Shown here in pieces: positions 30,961 to 40,506 of a stretch of DNA of 64,000 nt. The stretch comes from a virus. Its lineage: Duplodnaviria; Caudoviricetes. The first letter of the stretch is position 1. Each line of letters opens with the position of its first letter. The notes beneath the pieces are model-generated. The model was given only the letters and a program-made list of their open reading frames with translations. It was not told where the DNA came from and made no database searches. The stretch spans positions 1 to 64,000 of IMG/VR virus record IMGVR_UViG_3300037067_016777. One strand, written 5' to 3'. The translations under genes were made by a program, and so were the position numbers.

Positions 30961-31218
30961 CTAATTAGGGGGTAAGTTGTAGATACTATCGATAAGCTCT
31001 TCTTGGTCTACCCAGATCCGTGCCCCCACAGTAACCTCGCGAGCAGCAAGCACTATATTCCCAGCACAACAGATTCGAACATCTGTTCCGCAGCCATAGC
31101 ATGTAACATGGTCGTCGTTGTCGATACTGTCATCTTCGCTACTATCGCCGACAAGGCCAAAAATGATAGCCTTGTTGAATGTTTTAATATCCTTAACGAC
31201 ACAGAGTACTTTGCTCAT
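30961..31218 (-). CDS. Hypothetical protein
   Basis: Likely internal start MSKVLC. Confidence 0.5.
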   Translation of the reverse strand: MSKVLCVVKDIKTFNKAIIFGLVGDSSEDDSIDNDDHVTCYGCGTDVRICCAGNIVLAAREVTVGARIWVDQEELIDSIYNLPPN

Positions 31219-31396
31219 ATTCTTCACACTTGTTGCAATGCGGTTTAGATGCTGTATATATGCCGCAAAACTCACAGGAGTATTCTTTATTTCCCGGATG
31301 TCTGCGGACCCATTCGCAAACACAGTTGAAGCCCATTTGTGGGTTACCGCACGTACAGACACCATCGAAGTCGTCGGTGTTTTTGATTTCTGGCAT
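31193..31396 (-). CDS. Cys-rich hypothetical protein
   Basis: CTC..CVC..CEFC..CNKC. Confidence 0.5.
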   Translation of the reverse strand: MPEIKNTDDFDGVCTCGNPQMGFNCVCEWVRRHPGNKEYSCEFCGIYTASKPHCNKCEEYEQSTLCR

Positions 31397-31519
31397 AAAG
31401 AGCATCCGGGCTGAATCGAACAGCCGTTTCCTTTTGCAGGTGTCCTGATAGGAGTGTACTCTCGAAAGAATTCTCCTAACGGGGCTCGTACGCAGCCCTC
31501 CACTAGACGACGGACGCAA

Positions 31520-31768
31520 TTATAGTAAGCCGATGGCTTTCGACACGTCATTCTCCGTGACGCGTTTCGCATTCTTGCGATAGATCACGAAGTGGATGTC
31601 GTCACCAGATTCAATAATAGTCAAATGAGAATCGGGATTGCTCTTGGTGATCTCGCGGACCGCTTCGAGATAATCGATAGCATCAGACACTTTGATGCGA
31701 CCACCATCAAAACTGAGCGTCAGAAGAGGTTCTACTTTCGGCTCTTGTTTCTTCTTAGCCATAATCAA
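31520..31768 (-). CDS. Hypothetical protein
   Basis: Coupled ORF. Confidence 0.6.
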   Translation of the reverse strand: MIMAKKKQEPKVEPLLTLSFDGGRIKVSDAIDYLEAVREITKSNPDSHLTIIESGDDIHFVIYRKNAKRVTENDVSKAIGLL

Positions 31769-32127
31769 TACCTCTTTTCGATTAGAGGGTTATCACTACG
31801 CAACGAGCCATCGTAGTTCGTCTTCAAGTAGAAACTGTCGGTGATGAGGACAATGGTTTTGCTCATCGAGGACTCGATCCCATCCACGATTTTCTTGTGG
31901 TCGACAGATCGGCGTGACTTGAAGTATGCTTCGGCCGCAGCTTTGTCGAGTTCGCGTCTGATATTGACGCGGCATCGCATCGTATCGTAACGATGTACCT
32001 CGACACTGTGGAGATCGATCGGTTTCCCGAGGCGAGCTAAGACTCCTTCCTCAGTCAGCTTAGTCGGCAATACAACCGGCTTCTTTTCTTCTTTGTCGAA
32101 TTGCTTCCGTGGCTTCGTAGCTGTCAT
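31765..32127 (-). CDS. Hypothetical protein
   Basis: CAGGAG RBS. Confidence 0.7.
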   Translation of the reverse strand: MTATKPRKQFDKEEKKPVVLPTKLTEEGVLARLGKPIDLHSVEVHRYDTMRCRVNIRRELDKAAAEAYFKSRRSVDHKKIVDGIESSMSKTIVLITDSFYLKTNYDGSLRSDNPLIEKRY

Positions 32128-32139
32128 ATAAGCTCCTGT

Positions 32140-32164
32140 GCAAATTCTTAAGTATTAATATTAG
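32140..32164. repeat. 25-bp AT-rich element, copy 2
   Basis: Identical to 22411-22435. Confidence 0.85.
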
Positions 32165-32277
32165 GGTTTTGCTGGGTATGCTTTCTTATAGCACAACACA
32201 CCCAGATCGTGAACTTGCCTAACTTAGGTTTATATGAACCTATGGTCAAATACACCCGAAGAGGTGCCAAGCAGAGG

Positions 32278-32306
32278 TTAAGGCTGGCACATTCTTGTGC
32301 TATGAG
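32278..32306 (+). promoter_or_regulatory. Conserved phage promoter
   Basis: TTAAGG-17bp(..TTGTGC)-TATGAG; divergent variant at 32185-32213. Confidence 0.7.
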
Positions 32307-32331
32307 TACTTAGACACCCAGGAGATTTATC

Positions 32332-33792
32332 ATGGCGACAGTTGGAATAGGCCCGCAGTTCTTCAAGAAATCACTCAACGATTACCGAGATTGGTTGTGG
32401 GCGATGCCACGAGAGGCACTCCAGAACAGCATGGATGCACCACATTCGAAGAACATCCATACTTGGCTTGAACTAAAGGACGGCAACACCGTCTTTTCTT
32501 GGGGTAATGACGGCGATCCGATGAGCAAAGAGGAGTTGATTGGTAAGCTCCTTACGCTCGGAGAGTCGGGAAAAGATTTTCAAGGAACAGTTGGCGGTTT
32601 TGGCGCTGCGAAGCTTATTTTGTTGTTTGCTCATCTTCACTACGAGATTTACACCGGTAATTTCTACGTCACCGGTAGTGGTGGAAATTACACCCTTGAG
32701 GAACGCGATCATTATTATCCCGGCACGCTGACGAAAGTTACGATTGAAGGCGACCAGCAGCAATCTCTATTAGACAACCTTCGTGCTTTTTTGTGTATGT
32801 CGCAGTGGCACGGGAACATCAAAGTCAACAACCAAGACTTCACAGAGAAGATGAAGAAGGGATCACGTCGTCGCGAATTCGATTGGTGTACGATCTACAC
32901 GAACAAATCGATCACCAATCGCATGATTGTCCGGATCCACGGTATCCCAATGTTCTACCGTTATGTTAGTTGCAATAATCGTTGTGTTGTAGTCGAGCTG
33001 AAGACCGCTGATGCGACGATTTTGCAATCGAATCGCGATGCTCTCAAAAGCGAATTCCAAGCTCAACTCGACACCTTTATCGACGAGATCACCGTTGATA
33101 AGGCGTCTGCTCTCAAAGACGATGAGCCACATTATACTCATTTTCACGGAAACAAGTTGTCGAACGTTGCGAGGGCGAAAGAGACTCTCAATGCTATCAT
33201 CACAGCAGCCTATGCTACGGTGCCTGTTCCTTGTGATGATGAAAAGACCGAAACGATCATTGAAGGACGTCAAACCGCCATCGCAGCACCGACACCAATC
33301 TCTACTCGCGACACTGGTAAGCACTCAAAGCTTAAGCATGAGTTCATTATCAAGAACAATACAGGAATGGAAATTCCTATTCACTACATCCCAAGCGATT
33401 TCAGCGAGTACAGCACGAAGCTTACGAAAATCTGGGTACAGGTGTTGCTTGGTTTGCACGATCTGTTCAATAAACAAGCCGATTTTACTGTCGGCTTTGT
33501 TTTCGATGAATCCGACGAAGCACAGTTCGAACGCCGTAGCGAATACGGTCAAGTCTACTACATCAATCCGATAACAGTTGTCAAACAGAAGGCGACCGGC
33601 AGCCGTTCATTGTCAAAGAGATGGAAATTCAACGCTGCCGGTCGATGGGCTATCCTTGCCGATGCCCTTCACGAGTTTGTTCATGGTGCTATCGGCCTTC
33701 ACTACCACGACGAATTTTTTAGCACTACTCTGACCGAGATGGCAGGTGTCTTACTCAGAGAGCGGCAGAAGTTCAATAAGTGCTTCAATTAA
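32332..33792 (+). CDS. GHKL (HATPase_c/Hsp90-like) ATPase with C-terminal HExxH domain
   Basis: REALQNSMDA, NDG.PM, GGFGAAK, GT..V; C-terminal HEFVHG...H. Confidence 0.8.
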   Translation: MATVGIGPQFFKKSLNDYRDWLWAMPREALQNSMDAPHSKNIHTWLELKDGNTVFSWGNDGDPMSKEELIGKLLTLGESGKDFQGTVGGFGAAKLILLFAHLHYEIYTGNFYVTGSGGNYTLEERDHYYPGTLTKVTIEGDQQQSLLDNLRAFLCMSQWHGNIKVNNQDFTEKMKKGSRRREFDWCTIYTNKSITNRMIVRIHGIPMFYRYVSCNNRCVVVELKTADATILQSNRDALKSEFQAQLDTFIDEITVDKASALKDDEPHYTHFHGNKLSNVARAKETLNAIITAAYATVPVPCDDEKTETIIEGRQTAIAAPTPISTRDTGKHSKLKHEFIIKNNTGMEIPIHYIPSDFSEYSTKLTKIWVQVLLGLHDLFNKQADFTVGFVFDESDEAQFERRSEYGQVYYINPITVVKQKATGSRSLSKRWKFNAAGRWAILADALHEFVHGAIGLHYHDEFFSTTLTEMAGVLLRERQKFNKCFN

Positions 33793-33836
33793 AACCATGC
33801 CTATTTCCGGCTATAATTTGGTATAGGAGAACCAAC

Positions 33837-33995
33837 ATGGTCCAACTTGACGAAAACAAACGACCAGAAATTATCGTCCCTCTTTGTTGTTGGTGTGAAG
33901 AGCCATTAGACGGCGCTGGACAGAACGGAATGCACGGTCCTTGTGCCAACGAGTACCGAGAAGCCATTAGAGAAACAGGAGAGGATGAGCAATGA
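33837..33995 (+). CDS. Small Zn-binding protein
   Basis: AGGAG RBS; CCWC..H..C. Confidence 0.5.
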   Translation: MVQLDENKRPEIIVPLCCWCEEPLDGAGQNGMHGPCANEYREAIRETGEDEQ

Positions 33996-34177
33996 AAAGA
34001 ATCTGGGAATGGGCGTTTGCTACCTTCTTCCCTAATGCCTGTTTGCGCATTACGACTTATGCCTACAGCACATCTAATAGGCTGACGGAAGGAGATAAGG
34101 TTTTGATGGCGATCGATAGAGCTATCCGGCCGGAGTGGTGGCAAGAAGCTGAGGAGTATCTGGAATCAGAATCCTAA
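33992..34177 (+). CDS. Hypothetical protein
   Basis: ATGA coupling. Confidence 0.5.
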   Translation: MKRIWEWAFATFFPNACLRITTYAYSTSNRLTEGDKVLMAIDRAIRPEWWQEAEEYLESES

Positions 34178-34328
34178 TCTGACTCTGCTTTGTGGATGAG
34201 GTGCTTCAGCATCCATGCGATTAAAGGATTATTTCCGGCTGTATTTGTAGTTTACGCATGATATCTCTCGTGCTAAAATTGTTCAGTCAAAGGTGCTTTT
34301 GAACGGTAATGGTAAGGTTGGTGACCAA

Positions 34329-36380
34329 ATGAAAATCTCAGAGCTCCGTAGTGCGATCGATAGAGCTTCGCAGCTCTATTACACTCTTGGCACGATCTCA
34401 TCAACCTCAGATACCGAGTATGATGTGTTGATGGACGAGTTGAGGCGATTAGATCCATCAGATCCTCGACTAACTAGAATCGGTCCCCCATATTCTGCTG
34501 CTGATTTCGCTGCCAAGAAACAACACCTAATCCCAATGGGGTCTCTCGATAATACTGATGGTGGTATTAGTGGATTTGCTAGTTGGTACGACAAGACTTG
34601 TGCTCTGCTCGGTGTCGAGAGTTTCACGATCAACGCTTCCTTGAAGATGGATGGCAACAGTGTTGCGTTAAATTATGAAAAAGGTATGCTTAAGGAAGCG
34701 ATCAGCCGTGGAAACGGTACCGAAGGTTTGGATATCACAGCAAATGCCGTAAAGTGGATGGGCGTTCCGACCTGCTTGCCAGTCACATTCACTGGTACGG
34801 TCCGTGGCGAGGCGATTCTCTACAAGGCCGAATTTGACGCGATGAAGGAGAGCGACCCGACACTCACCAACCCCAGGAATGTGGGTAGCGGTATTCTCGG
34901 TCGAACTGATGGCACACAGAATGAACTGATTCGTTTTGTCGCTTTCAACATCGTCGATCCGAAGACGGGTTTCTCCTCTTTGAGCACCAAATTCAAGGTT
35001 CTTGAGAGGCTCGGTTTCAGTCCAGTACCACATATCGTCATCAGTGGTGATCATCGCCAAGCCATCATCAAATCGTTTGAAGACAATTTCGCTGAGACGG
35101 AAGCGCAACGCCCGATGTTGCCTTTCGAGATCGATGGCGTCGTGGTGATGGTCGATGACGTTCCAGCACAGAAATCGATCACGAAGGACCGAAAGGATGA
35201 GCTACGACCGAAGTATGGTCGGGCTGTGAAGTTCGTCACCGCCAAAGCACAAACGACAGTGACCGGCGTCACCATCACCATGGGCCATACCGGCTCTATC
35301 ATCCCAACGGCGATTCTTGAGCCGGTCTTCGTCGGCGGCGTCACTGTCACCAACGTCCTGCTCAACAACTGGAACGCGGATAGCGAAGCTCCATCAGCCG
35401 CTCATGTCGCAATCGGCGACACTGTTGAGATTGCCAGGCAAGGCGACGTCATCCCGAAGATTGTCCGCGTCATCGATCGTCCATCCGATCGCCAGCCGAT
35501 TGAAGAGCCGAAAGTATGCCCCGTCTGTGGCTCGCCGACAACAAGGACATTGCGAGACAAAGAAGGCGTCGTCACCTACTGCACGAACGCTGACTGCGGC
35601 GGTGCATCGGTCAGCAAGATCAAGCACTACATCGGAAACTCCGACAAGGGTGCTGGTATCATGGGCGTCGGCGATAGTGTTCTCGAAGCACTCACGAGCA
35701 ACGGACTTGTCACAACACCCGGCGACCTTTACCGGCTCAAAGCTGAGCAGTTGATTGATTTGCAGATCGGCACGAGCAAGAGCGGTACGCCAATCCGGCT
35801 CGGCAACACCAGAACAAACAACCTTCTCGCCGAAATCGAGAAGTCCAAGCAACTTCCGCTCACTAAGTTCCTTGGCGCTCTCGGCATTTCGCTGCTCGGT
35901 CGGCGTCGTGTCGAAATCGTCGCCCAGGAGCAAGGACTGACGACGCTTGAGGATTGGTTGAATGAAGAGAAACTCGCCACGATTCCCGGTGACGTGATAC
36001 GGAAGACGATTATCGATGGGCTGCAAAAGGTGCGGCCCGTCATCGACGATCTGCTTGCCGTTGGCATCGTTGTTTCGCCTGTTGTTCCTATCGAAATCCT
36101 GGAGACTACAACCGTCGCAACGGCCGATGACGGCGTGATTGGTCCCAAGCAGATCGCTGGCAGCACGTTCTGTTGGACTGGCTGCCGCGATTTTATCGAT
36201 GAGGTTGTTGCGAGGGGTGGTGTCGTGAAGAGCGGTGTGAGCAAAGGACTCCATTATTTGGTGCAGAAAGATGCTACGTCATCGTCTGGTAAGACCTTGA
36301 AGGCCGAAAGCTACGGCACGAAAATCATCAGCATCGACTGTCTGCGTGAAGTCCTTGACGGTCTTCGAGAGCTGCCATAG
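34329..36380 (+). CDS. ligA: NAD-dependent DNA ligase
   Basis: Domain Ia YY/D.EYD, KMDG, SRG.G..G.DIT, RGE, NPRN, EIDGVV, OB fold, C4 zinc finger, HhH, BRCT. Confidence 0.96.
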   Translation: MKISELRSAIDRASQLYYTLGTISSTSDTEYDVLMDELRRLDPSDPRLTRIGPPYSAADFAAKKQHLIPMGSLDNTDGGISGFASWYDKTCALLGVESFTINASLKMDGNSVALNYEKGMLKEAISRGNGTEGLDITANAVKWMGVPTCLPVTFTGTVRGEAILYKAEFDAMKESDPTLTNPRNVGSGILGRTDGTQNELIRFVAFNIVDPKTGFSSLSTKFKVLERLGFSPVPHIVISGDHRQAIIKSFEDNFAETEAQRPMLPFEIDGVVVMVDDVPAQKSITKDRKDELRPKYGRAVKFVTAKAQTTVTGVTITMGHTGSIIPTAILEPVFVGGVTVTNVLLNNWNADSEAPSAAHVAIGDTVEIARQGDVIPKIVRVIDRPSDRQPIEEPKVCPVCGSPTTRTLRDKEGVVTYCTNADCGGASVSKIKHYIGNSDKGAGIMGVGDSVLEALTSNGLVTTPGDLYRLKAEQLIDLQIGTSKSGTPIRLGNTRTNNLLAEIEKSKQLPLTKFLGALGISLLGRRRVEIVAQEQGLTTLEDWLNEEKLATIPGDVIRKTIIDGLQKVRPVIDDLLAVGIVVSPVVPIEILETTTVATADDGVIGPKQIAGSTFCWTGCRDFIDEVVARGGVVKSGVSKGLHYLVQKDATSSSGKTLKAESYGTKIISIDCLREVLDGLRELP

Positions 36381-36385
36381 CTCGG

Positions 36386-36414
36386 TTAATACTGACCTGT
36401 CCTCGTGCTATAAT
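36386..36414 (+). promoter_or_regulatory. Conserved phage promoter
   Basis: TTAATA-17bp(..TCGTGC)-TATAAT. Confidence 0.8.
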
Positions 36415-36433
36415 GAAATAGGAGGACACACAG

Positions 36434-36934
36434 ATGTCGAAATACCGAGTTTGCAGGTGCTGCGGTCAGAAAATCCGCCCCCAATTACACTGCCATTACA
36501 GCGGTGATGGATGTCTCTCGCTTAGCTGGGTATACCACAACAACGGCAAGATAGAACATGCCAATCGCAAGGTCACAAAGGCCGATTGCCAACGCTATCT
36601 GCGACGAAAAGACAACCAGCGCATGGTCGAACGCGATTGGTTGCCGGTTCAGATCAACGACAAATGGAAGCTCGTTCGCTACGTCAAGCGGACCGGTCCG
36701 GCTCGGCTCAACATCAGCGGCCACGTCTTCTACTACAATGCCATCAAGATGCGTGACGGTCGTATTTTCGACTGTGACCTGAAAGTCACGTTCAAGATGC
36801 GAGTCAAGGGTAAGATGGTCGAGCACGAAATGCAGAACATCAGCATTCGCAGTGAGATTCGCTTCTTCCTTGAAAATGAGAAGGTTCTTAAGCCACAATT
36901 CAAGGGCTTCAAACCGGTCAGAGGAGAGCTATGA
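36434..36934 (+). CDS. Hypothetical basic protein
   Basis: AGGAGG RBS. Confidence 0.75.
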   Translation: MSKYRVCRCCGQKIRPQLHCHYSGDGCLSLSWVYHNNGKIEHANRKVTKADCQRYLRRKDNQRMVERDWLPVQINDKWKLVRYVKRTGPARLNISGHVFYYNAIKMRDGRIFDCDLKVTFKMRVKGKMVEHEMQNISIRSEIRFFLENEKVLKPQFKGFKPVRGEL

Positions 36935-37221
36935 TGTTGGCTGTTGATGAGGAATTGCAAGCGATTGCTGATGAGAAAGACGCCGACAAGATCAGTGAAG
37001 CCGCCGATGTGACTCTTGTATTGGATGGTGATGATAGCACTATCGATGGCATCGTAACTGGACTAAAACTTGCTGCTAAAGCACAAAAACTACAGAGGCA
37101 GACTGTCGGTAAGAAGGTAATGATATTCAAGATTACTTTCTCCGAATACGTTGACGATGATGGTATTGCCATTTTCGTAGGAGCCAAAGAATCGGTGCGG
37201 AAACGGCTTAAAAAACTATGA
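36931..37221 (+). CDS. Hypothetical protein
   Basis: ATGA coupling. Confidence 0.65.
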   Translation: MMLAVDEELQAIADEKDADKISEAADVTLVLDGDDSTIDGIVTGLKLAAKAQKLQRQTVGKKVMIFKITFSEYVDDDGIAIFVGAKESVRKRLKKL

Positions 37222-37230
37222 TCACAGAAG

Positions 37231-37259
37231 TTAACTGCCCACCCTGGTCGTGCTATAAC
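37231..37259 (+). promoter_or_regulatory. Conserved phage promoter
   Basis: TTAACT-17bp(..TCGTGC)-TATAAC. Confidence 0.8.
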
Positions 37260-37278
37260 TAATCACAGGAGAACCAAC

Positions 37279-37494
37279 ATGACCGACCGAATCGAGCGTA
37301 CCTACAACTCCGCAGAACTCAAACACACCAGCGTTGATATCGCACGCGTTGTCATCGAGGACGAGCAGGGGCGTCGAGGTATTGCGTTCCTCTCGGCTCA
37401 TATGAGGAATGGTCGCCCCTGCTTCGTACTCACGACCAAGAAGAATCACGACAAGGAAACCATTGTCGCCTCCACGGCAGATTGGCTAATCTGA
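37279..37494 (+). CDS. Hypothetical protein
   Basis: CAGGAG RBS. Confidence 0.7.
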   Translation: MTDRIERTYNSAELKHTSVDIARVVIEDEQGRRGIAFLSAHMRNGRPCFVLTTKKNHDKETIVASTADWLI

Positions 37495-37967
37495 TGCGAG
37501 TGCACCATACATGCGACACGATGAATTGCGATGTTCGCGACGTGAATGATGCGGCCAAGTTTACCAAGCTTCGGGTCCGCAACGACGCTCAGATCGGTAT
37601 CGGCATTTGGATTGATGGGTACTCAACCCATACAGCCACTGATGATGACCCCGATGCCGTTTTCTACCTCGAAGTCCAGGATGGTAAGCCTGTCCTGCGG
37701 GTATGGGCCGACATCAATTCTGAAGAGCCGACCCATACCATTGACCTGTCGGGTGCCCATATCAATTGTCGTCTGTCGATCTTCAAGGGCAACCTTTACT
37801 ACTACGGTGACGACCACGAGGTCAAGCATCACCTTGCTAGTTTCGAGGAGCAGGCCGTAAATGCCACCCTCCTGGAGCGGAAGGTCCTCGACAAGTATTG
37901 GGATGATCGGCTCGACGCGGCTAGCTGCTCGCCCCATTTCGAATACGAGGTAGTTGTTGATGAGTGA
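37482..37967 (+). CDS. Hypothetical protein
   Basis: LRVWADINSEEPTH.IDL.GA motif. Confidence 0.7.
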   Translation: MANLMRVHHTCDTMNCDVRDVNDAAKFTKLRVRNDAQIGIGIWIDGYSTHTATDDDPDAVFYLEVQDGKPVLRVWADINSEEPTHTIDLSGAHINCRLSIFKGNLYYYGDDHEVKHHLASFEEQAVNATLLERKVLDKYWDDRLDAASCSPHFEYEVVVDE

Positions 37968-38160
37968 ACAGATCACGGCTGAACTTGCTTGGAGATTGCG
38001 TAAGCGAGGTTTCATTCTTGAGACCGGCAAACAATATGAAGACGAGGCTGTTGCGGCTATTGCCAAGCGACAAGAAGAATTAATGGCTGATAAGTGGCAG
38101 ATTCAAGTTGAGATGGGTAGGCTTGATTTGCAGCTCCAGCAGCTTGCCAAGGAAGTATAG
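37960..38160 (+). CDS. Hypothetical protein
   Basis: GAGG RBS. Confidence 0.55.
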   Translation: MSEQITAELAWRLRKRGFILETGKQYEDEAVAAIAKRQEELMADKWQIQVEMGRLDLQLQQLAKEV

Positions 38161-38316
38161 TCGGATGGGTGAGGGAAGGCGTTATTTGCTATATGTCGCA
38201 CCGTGATGACGACGGCTCAGCGACCAACTCACCCATCCGACCTTTCCACCTTGGAAATCTGAGGATGTATTTAATGGTTCCAGATTTTGGTGATTGCAGG
38301 AGGAGGAACCATTTAT

Positions 38317-38604
38317 ATGTCCGTGAAGCTTTTAAAGTTATCTTGCGGCGATCTTCTTATTGCCGAAGTAGAAGATGATCAGTCGGGAGAGAACCTATTG
38401 ATCAAGAGACCTCTCCGTATGATTATCGGCAGAGAAGGGATTGGCCTTCAGATGTGGATGCCGTGCAGCCTCGATCAAGAGGTTCCGGTTTGCCGGGCTC
38501 ATATCGTTACCGAAACAGAAGCCGAAGGTCCTCTAGCTCAAGAGTATCAGAGCAAGTTCGGTGGTGCTATCGTTACACCAGAGAAGCCGAAACTGGTCAT
38601 TTAG
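38317..38604 (+). CDS. Sm-like fold phage protein
   Basis: VKLLKL..G..LIAEV...WMP...Y...FG..IVTP pattern typical of T4-like small proteins. Confidence 0.6.
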   Translation: MSVKLLKLSCGDLLIAEVEDDQSGENLLIKRPLRMIIGREGIGLQMWMPCSLDQEVPVCRAHIVTETEAEGPLAQEYQSKFGGAIVTPEKPKLVI

Positions 38605-38812
38605 GTTCGCAGAGCGATAAGTAAGCATCACGCTGCCCACGCAGATATGCGACCTGCAGGGCGAAGTGCAGGCTGCCTACAAACGCATCACGAAGATCCT
38701 TTGGAAGCCATATTTTAATTTGTTCTTCCAGCAGGTTTTGTTCTTGCGTCGGCTCGTTGCTTGCTTCTTTTGCAATCTTGGCGACCGCTTCGTCACTAAG
38801 GATATTGCTCAT
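38597..38812 (-). CDS. Hypothetical protein
   Basis: AGGAG RBS before MSNILS. Confidence 0.6.
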   Translation of the reverse strand: MSNILSDEAVAKIAKEASNEPTQEQNLLEEQIKIWLPKDLRDAFVGSLHFALQVAYLRGQRDAYLSLCEPK

Positions 38813-38820
38813 GTCTGCTC

Positions 38821-39249
38821 CTAGTCGAGATAAATGGTGCGGATAATTCCCGGCTTTGCTACCGGCAGATCTTCTTCCGGTCCGTTGCCGCCGAAGTACG
38901 GCAAAAGTGCTTGGGCAAGGCGGGCAAGCTTGTGCTGCATTGCTTCGCCCGACACACATGACGCTTTGATGGGGTCATAGCAACCAGACGTCCGCAGACA
39001 TTTCTCGATGATCTGAACTTCGGTGAGTTCGATGGTCTTCTGCGTCTTGCCGTTTTCAGCCAGGTAAGCCTTAATGTGCTTGCAAGACTTCGGGACTTCC
39101 TTAGAGAAGATCCAGCCTTTGCAGTTGCAATGGTGGATGCCGTCCTTAAGACGAATCTTGTATGGCTCCTCGCCCGGATCAGTGCGGCTCTGGACGTGGC
39201 ACACAACCACGCCATATTTCTGGATTTTGTCGTTTTCGGTCATCGCCAT
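38821..39249 (-). CDS. SWIM zinc-finger protein
   Basis: CNCKGW...CKHI. Confidence 0.75.
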   Translation of the reverse strand: MAMTENDKIQKYGVVVCHVQSRTDPGEEPYKIRLKDGIHHCNCKGWIFSKEVPKSCKHIKAYLAENGKTQKTIELTEVQIIEKCLRTSGCYDPIKASCVSGEAMQHKLARLAQALLPYFGGNGPEEDLPVAKPGIIRTIYLD

Positions 39250-39294
39250 CTGAATTACCTTTCCAATCTGGAAACTGACACAGTCTTTATATTC

Positions 39295-39744
39295 TTATTT
39301 GGAGTATCCCGGCATCGTCCGGATAGCAGCGGCGAGAATCTTGGCCTTCGGCATATCGCCAGCTTCCACAGCTTCGAGAAGGTGGAAGAATACCGCCTTC
39401 GCTTCCTGGTTGATCGGCTCCATTTGCGGCGTTGTCATACCCTTTCGTCGTTGCATTGCAACAAGGGCCGGATGGTCAGGGCTGGCATGACCGACGACAG
39501 TTGGGCGGTGCTTGTATCCGAACTTATATTGAGCACCTTGACCGTTGACCAGGACGCCAAGGAATGGGTTGGCCGGTCGGCTTGCCTTAATGTCGGTGAC
39601 AATCATCTGCTGGCGATCACCGTAAAGCTGCACGATATCGAAGAGCTTGATTTCGGAGATTGTCGTAGTCGGGCGGGTGTTGAATCGCGGGCTGGCGTTT
39701 GCCATTTGTTGGGCGATGACGTCGGCTCGGTCGCTATTCATCAT
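39295..39744 (-). CDS. Hypothetical protein
   Basis: CAGGAG RBS after the promoter cassette. Confidence 0.7.
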   Translation of the reverse strand: MMNSDRADVIAQQMANASPRFNTRPTTTISEIKLFDIVQLYGDRQQMIVTDIKASRPANPFLGVLVNGQGAQYKFGYKHRPTVVGHASPDHPALVAMQRRKGMTTPQMEPINQEAKAVFFHLLEAVEAGDMPKAKILAAAIRTMPGYSK

Positions 39745-39786
39745 GAGTCTCCTGTGTGCTGGAGAGGGCATCCCTCTCTCTAATTT

Positions 39787-39815
39787 ATCATAGCACGAAC
39801 AGAAGTAATTATTAA
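39787..39815 (-). promoter_or_regulatory. Conserved phage promoter
   Basis: TTAATA-17bp(..TCGTGC)-TATGAT; the TTAA holds the upstream stop. Confidence 0.8.
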
Positions 39816-40486
39816 TCGGGCTTTGAGTAGTCGATCTGAATGACCGGTGCTTCTTCGGTCGATCCTAACTCATTGAATGCCTTGATGCCCAAATCAGAGA
39901 TTCGATGCGTGATGGCAGCTTCAAAGGAGCTTTTGGCATCCGTTACGACCTTGTCCATCGCTTCATTGAACTGTGTGCCGATAAAGGGCAGATTCGATCT
40001 GAGGTTTATCGAAATTTTTCTGAGGAGTTCGAGAAGCTCCTTTCGGTCTGATACCTTGACCGTTTTTTGGTCAAGTAATGCCTCTGCCTTTTTGATCAGG
40101 TTGAAAGCTATGTCTGAAGTCTCGACACAGGCGTCCTCAAATTCTGCCTCAAACAGTTGTCGCATTGAGGTTTCTGGACAGTTCTCGACACCTTGCTTTC
40201 CGATGCGACGGACAGTGCACGGAACGCCGTCGCCAACGTTGAGTGTTGTGATTGCTTCGGCGAATTGGGCAGGGCTCATCTCGACTTCGATGATTGTCTC
40301 ATCGCCGTAATAGCGATCTTCATTTAGTGAGCGTATTTTGGTAGCTTGTTTGATACGAAGGGCGATCGTGTGGTGGTGGCTCAACGAGGAGCCGAAGAGG
40401 TTAGTTCCTCCTCTTGCTCCACCATGTGTGATACGGGAGAAGCCGACCATTCCGTAGCTTGGGTGCTTTTCTCTTTGTTCTGCCAT
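39812..40486 (-). CDS. Conserved phage hypothetical protein
   Basis: HPSYG..FSR...LFGS...IEVEMS..QFAE.IT..N.G.GVPCT. Confidence 0.8.
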   Translation of the reverse strand: MAEQREKHPSYGMVGFSRITHGGARGGTNLFGSSLSHHHTIALRIKQATKIRSLNEDRYYGDETIIEVEMSPAQFAEAITTLNVGDGVPCTVRRIGKQGVENCPETSMRQLFEAEFEDACVETSDIAFNLIKKAEALLDQKTVKVSDRKELLELLRKISINLRSNLPFIGTQFNEAMDKVVTDAKSSFEAAITHRISDLGIKAFNELGSTEEAPVIQIDYSKPD

Positions 40487-40506
40487 TATTACTCTGCTGG
40501 GTTAAC

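Noticed and set aside
34379-36254. Long antisense ORFs over ligA (similar cases over the helicase, AAA and 1007-aa genes)
   Set aside because: Expected from codon bias of the sense gene; no RBS or recognisable motifs.
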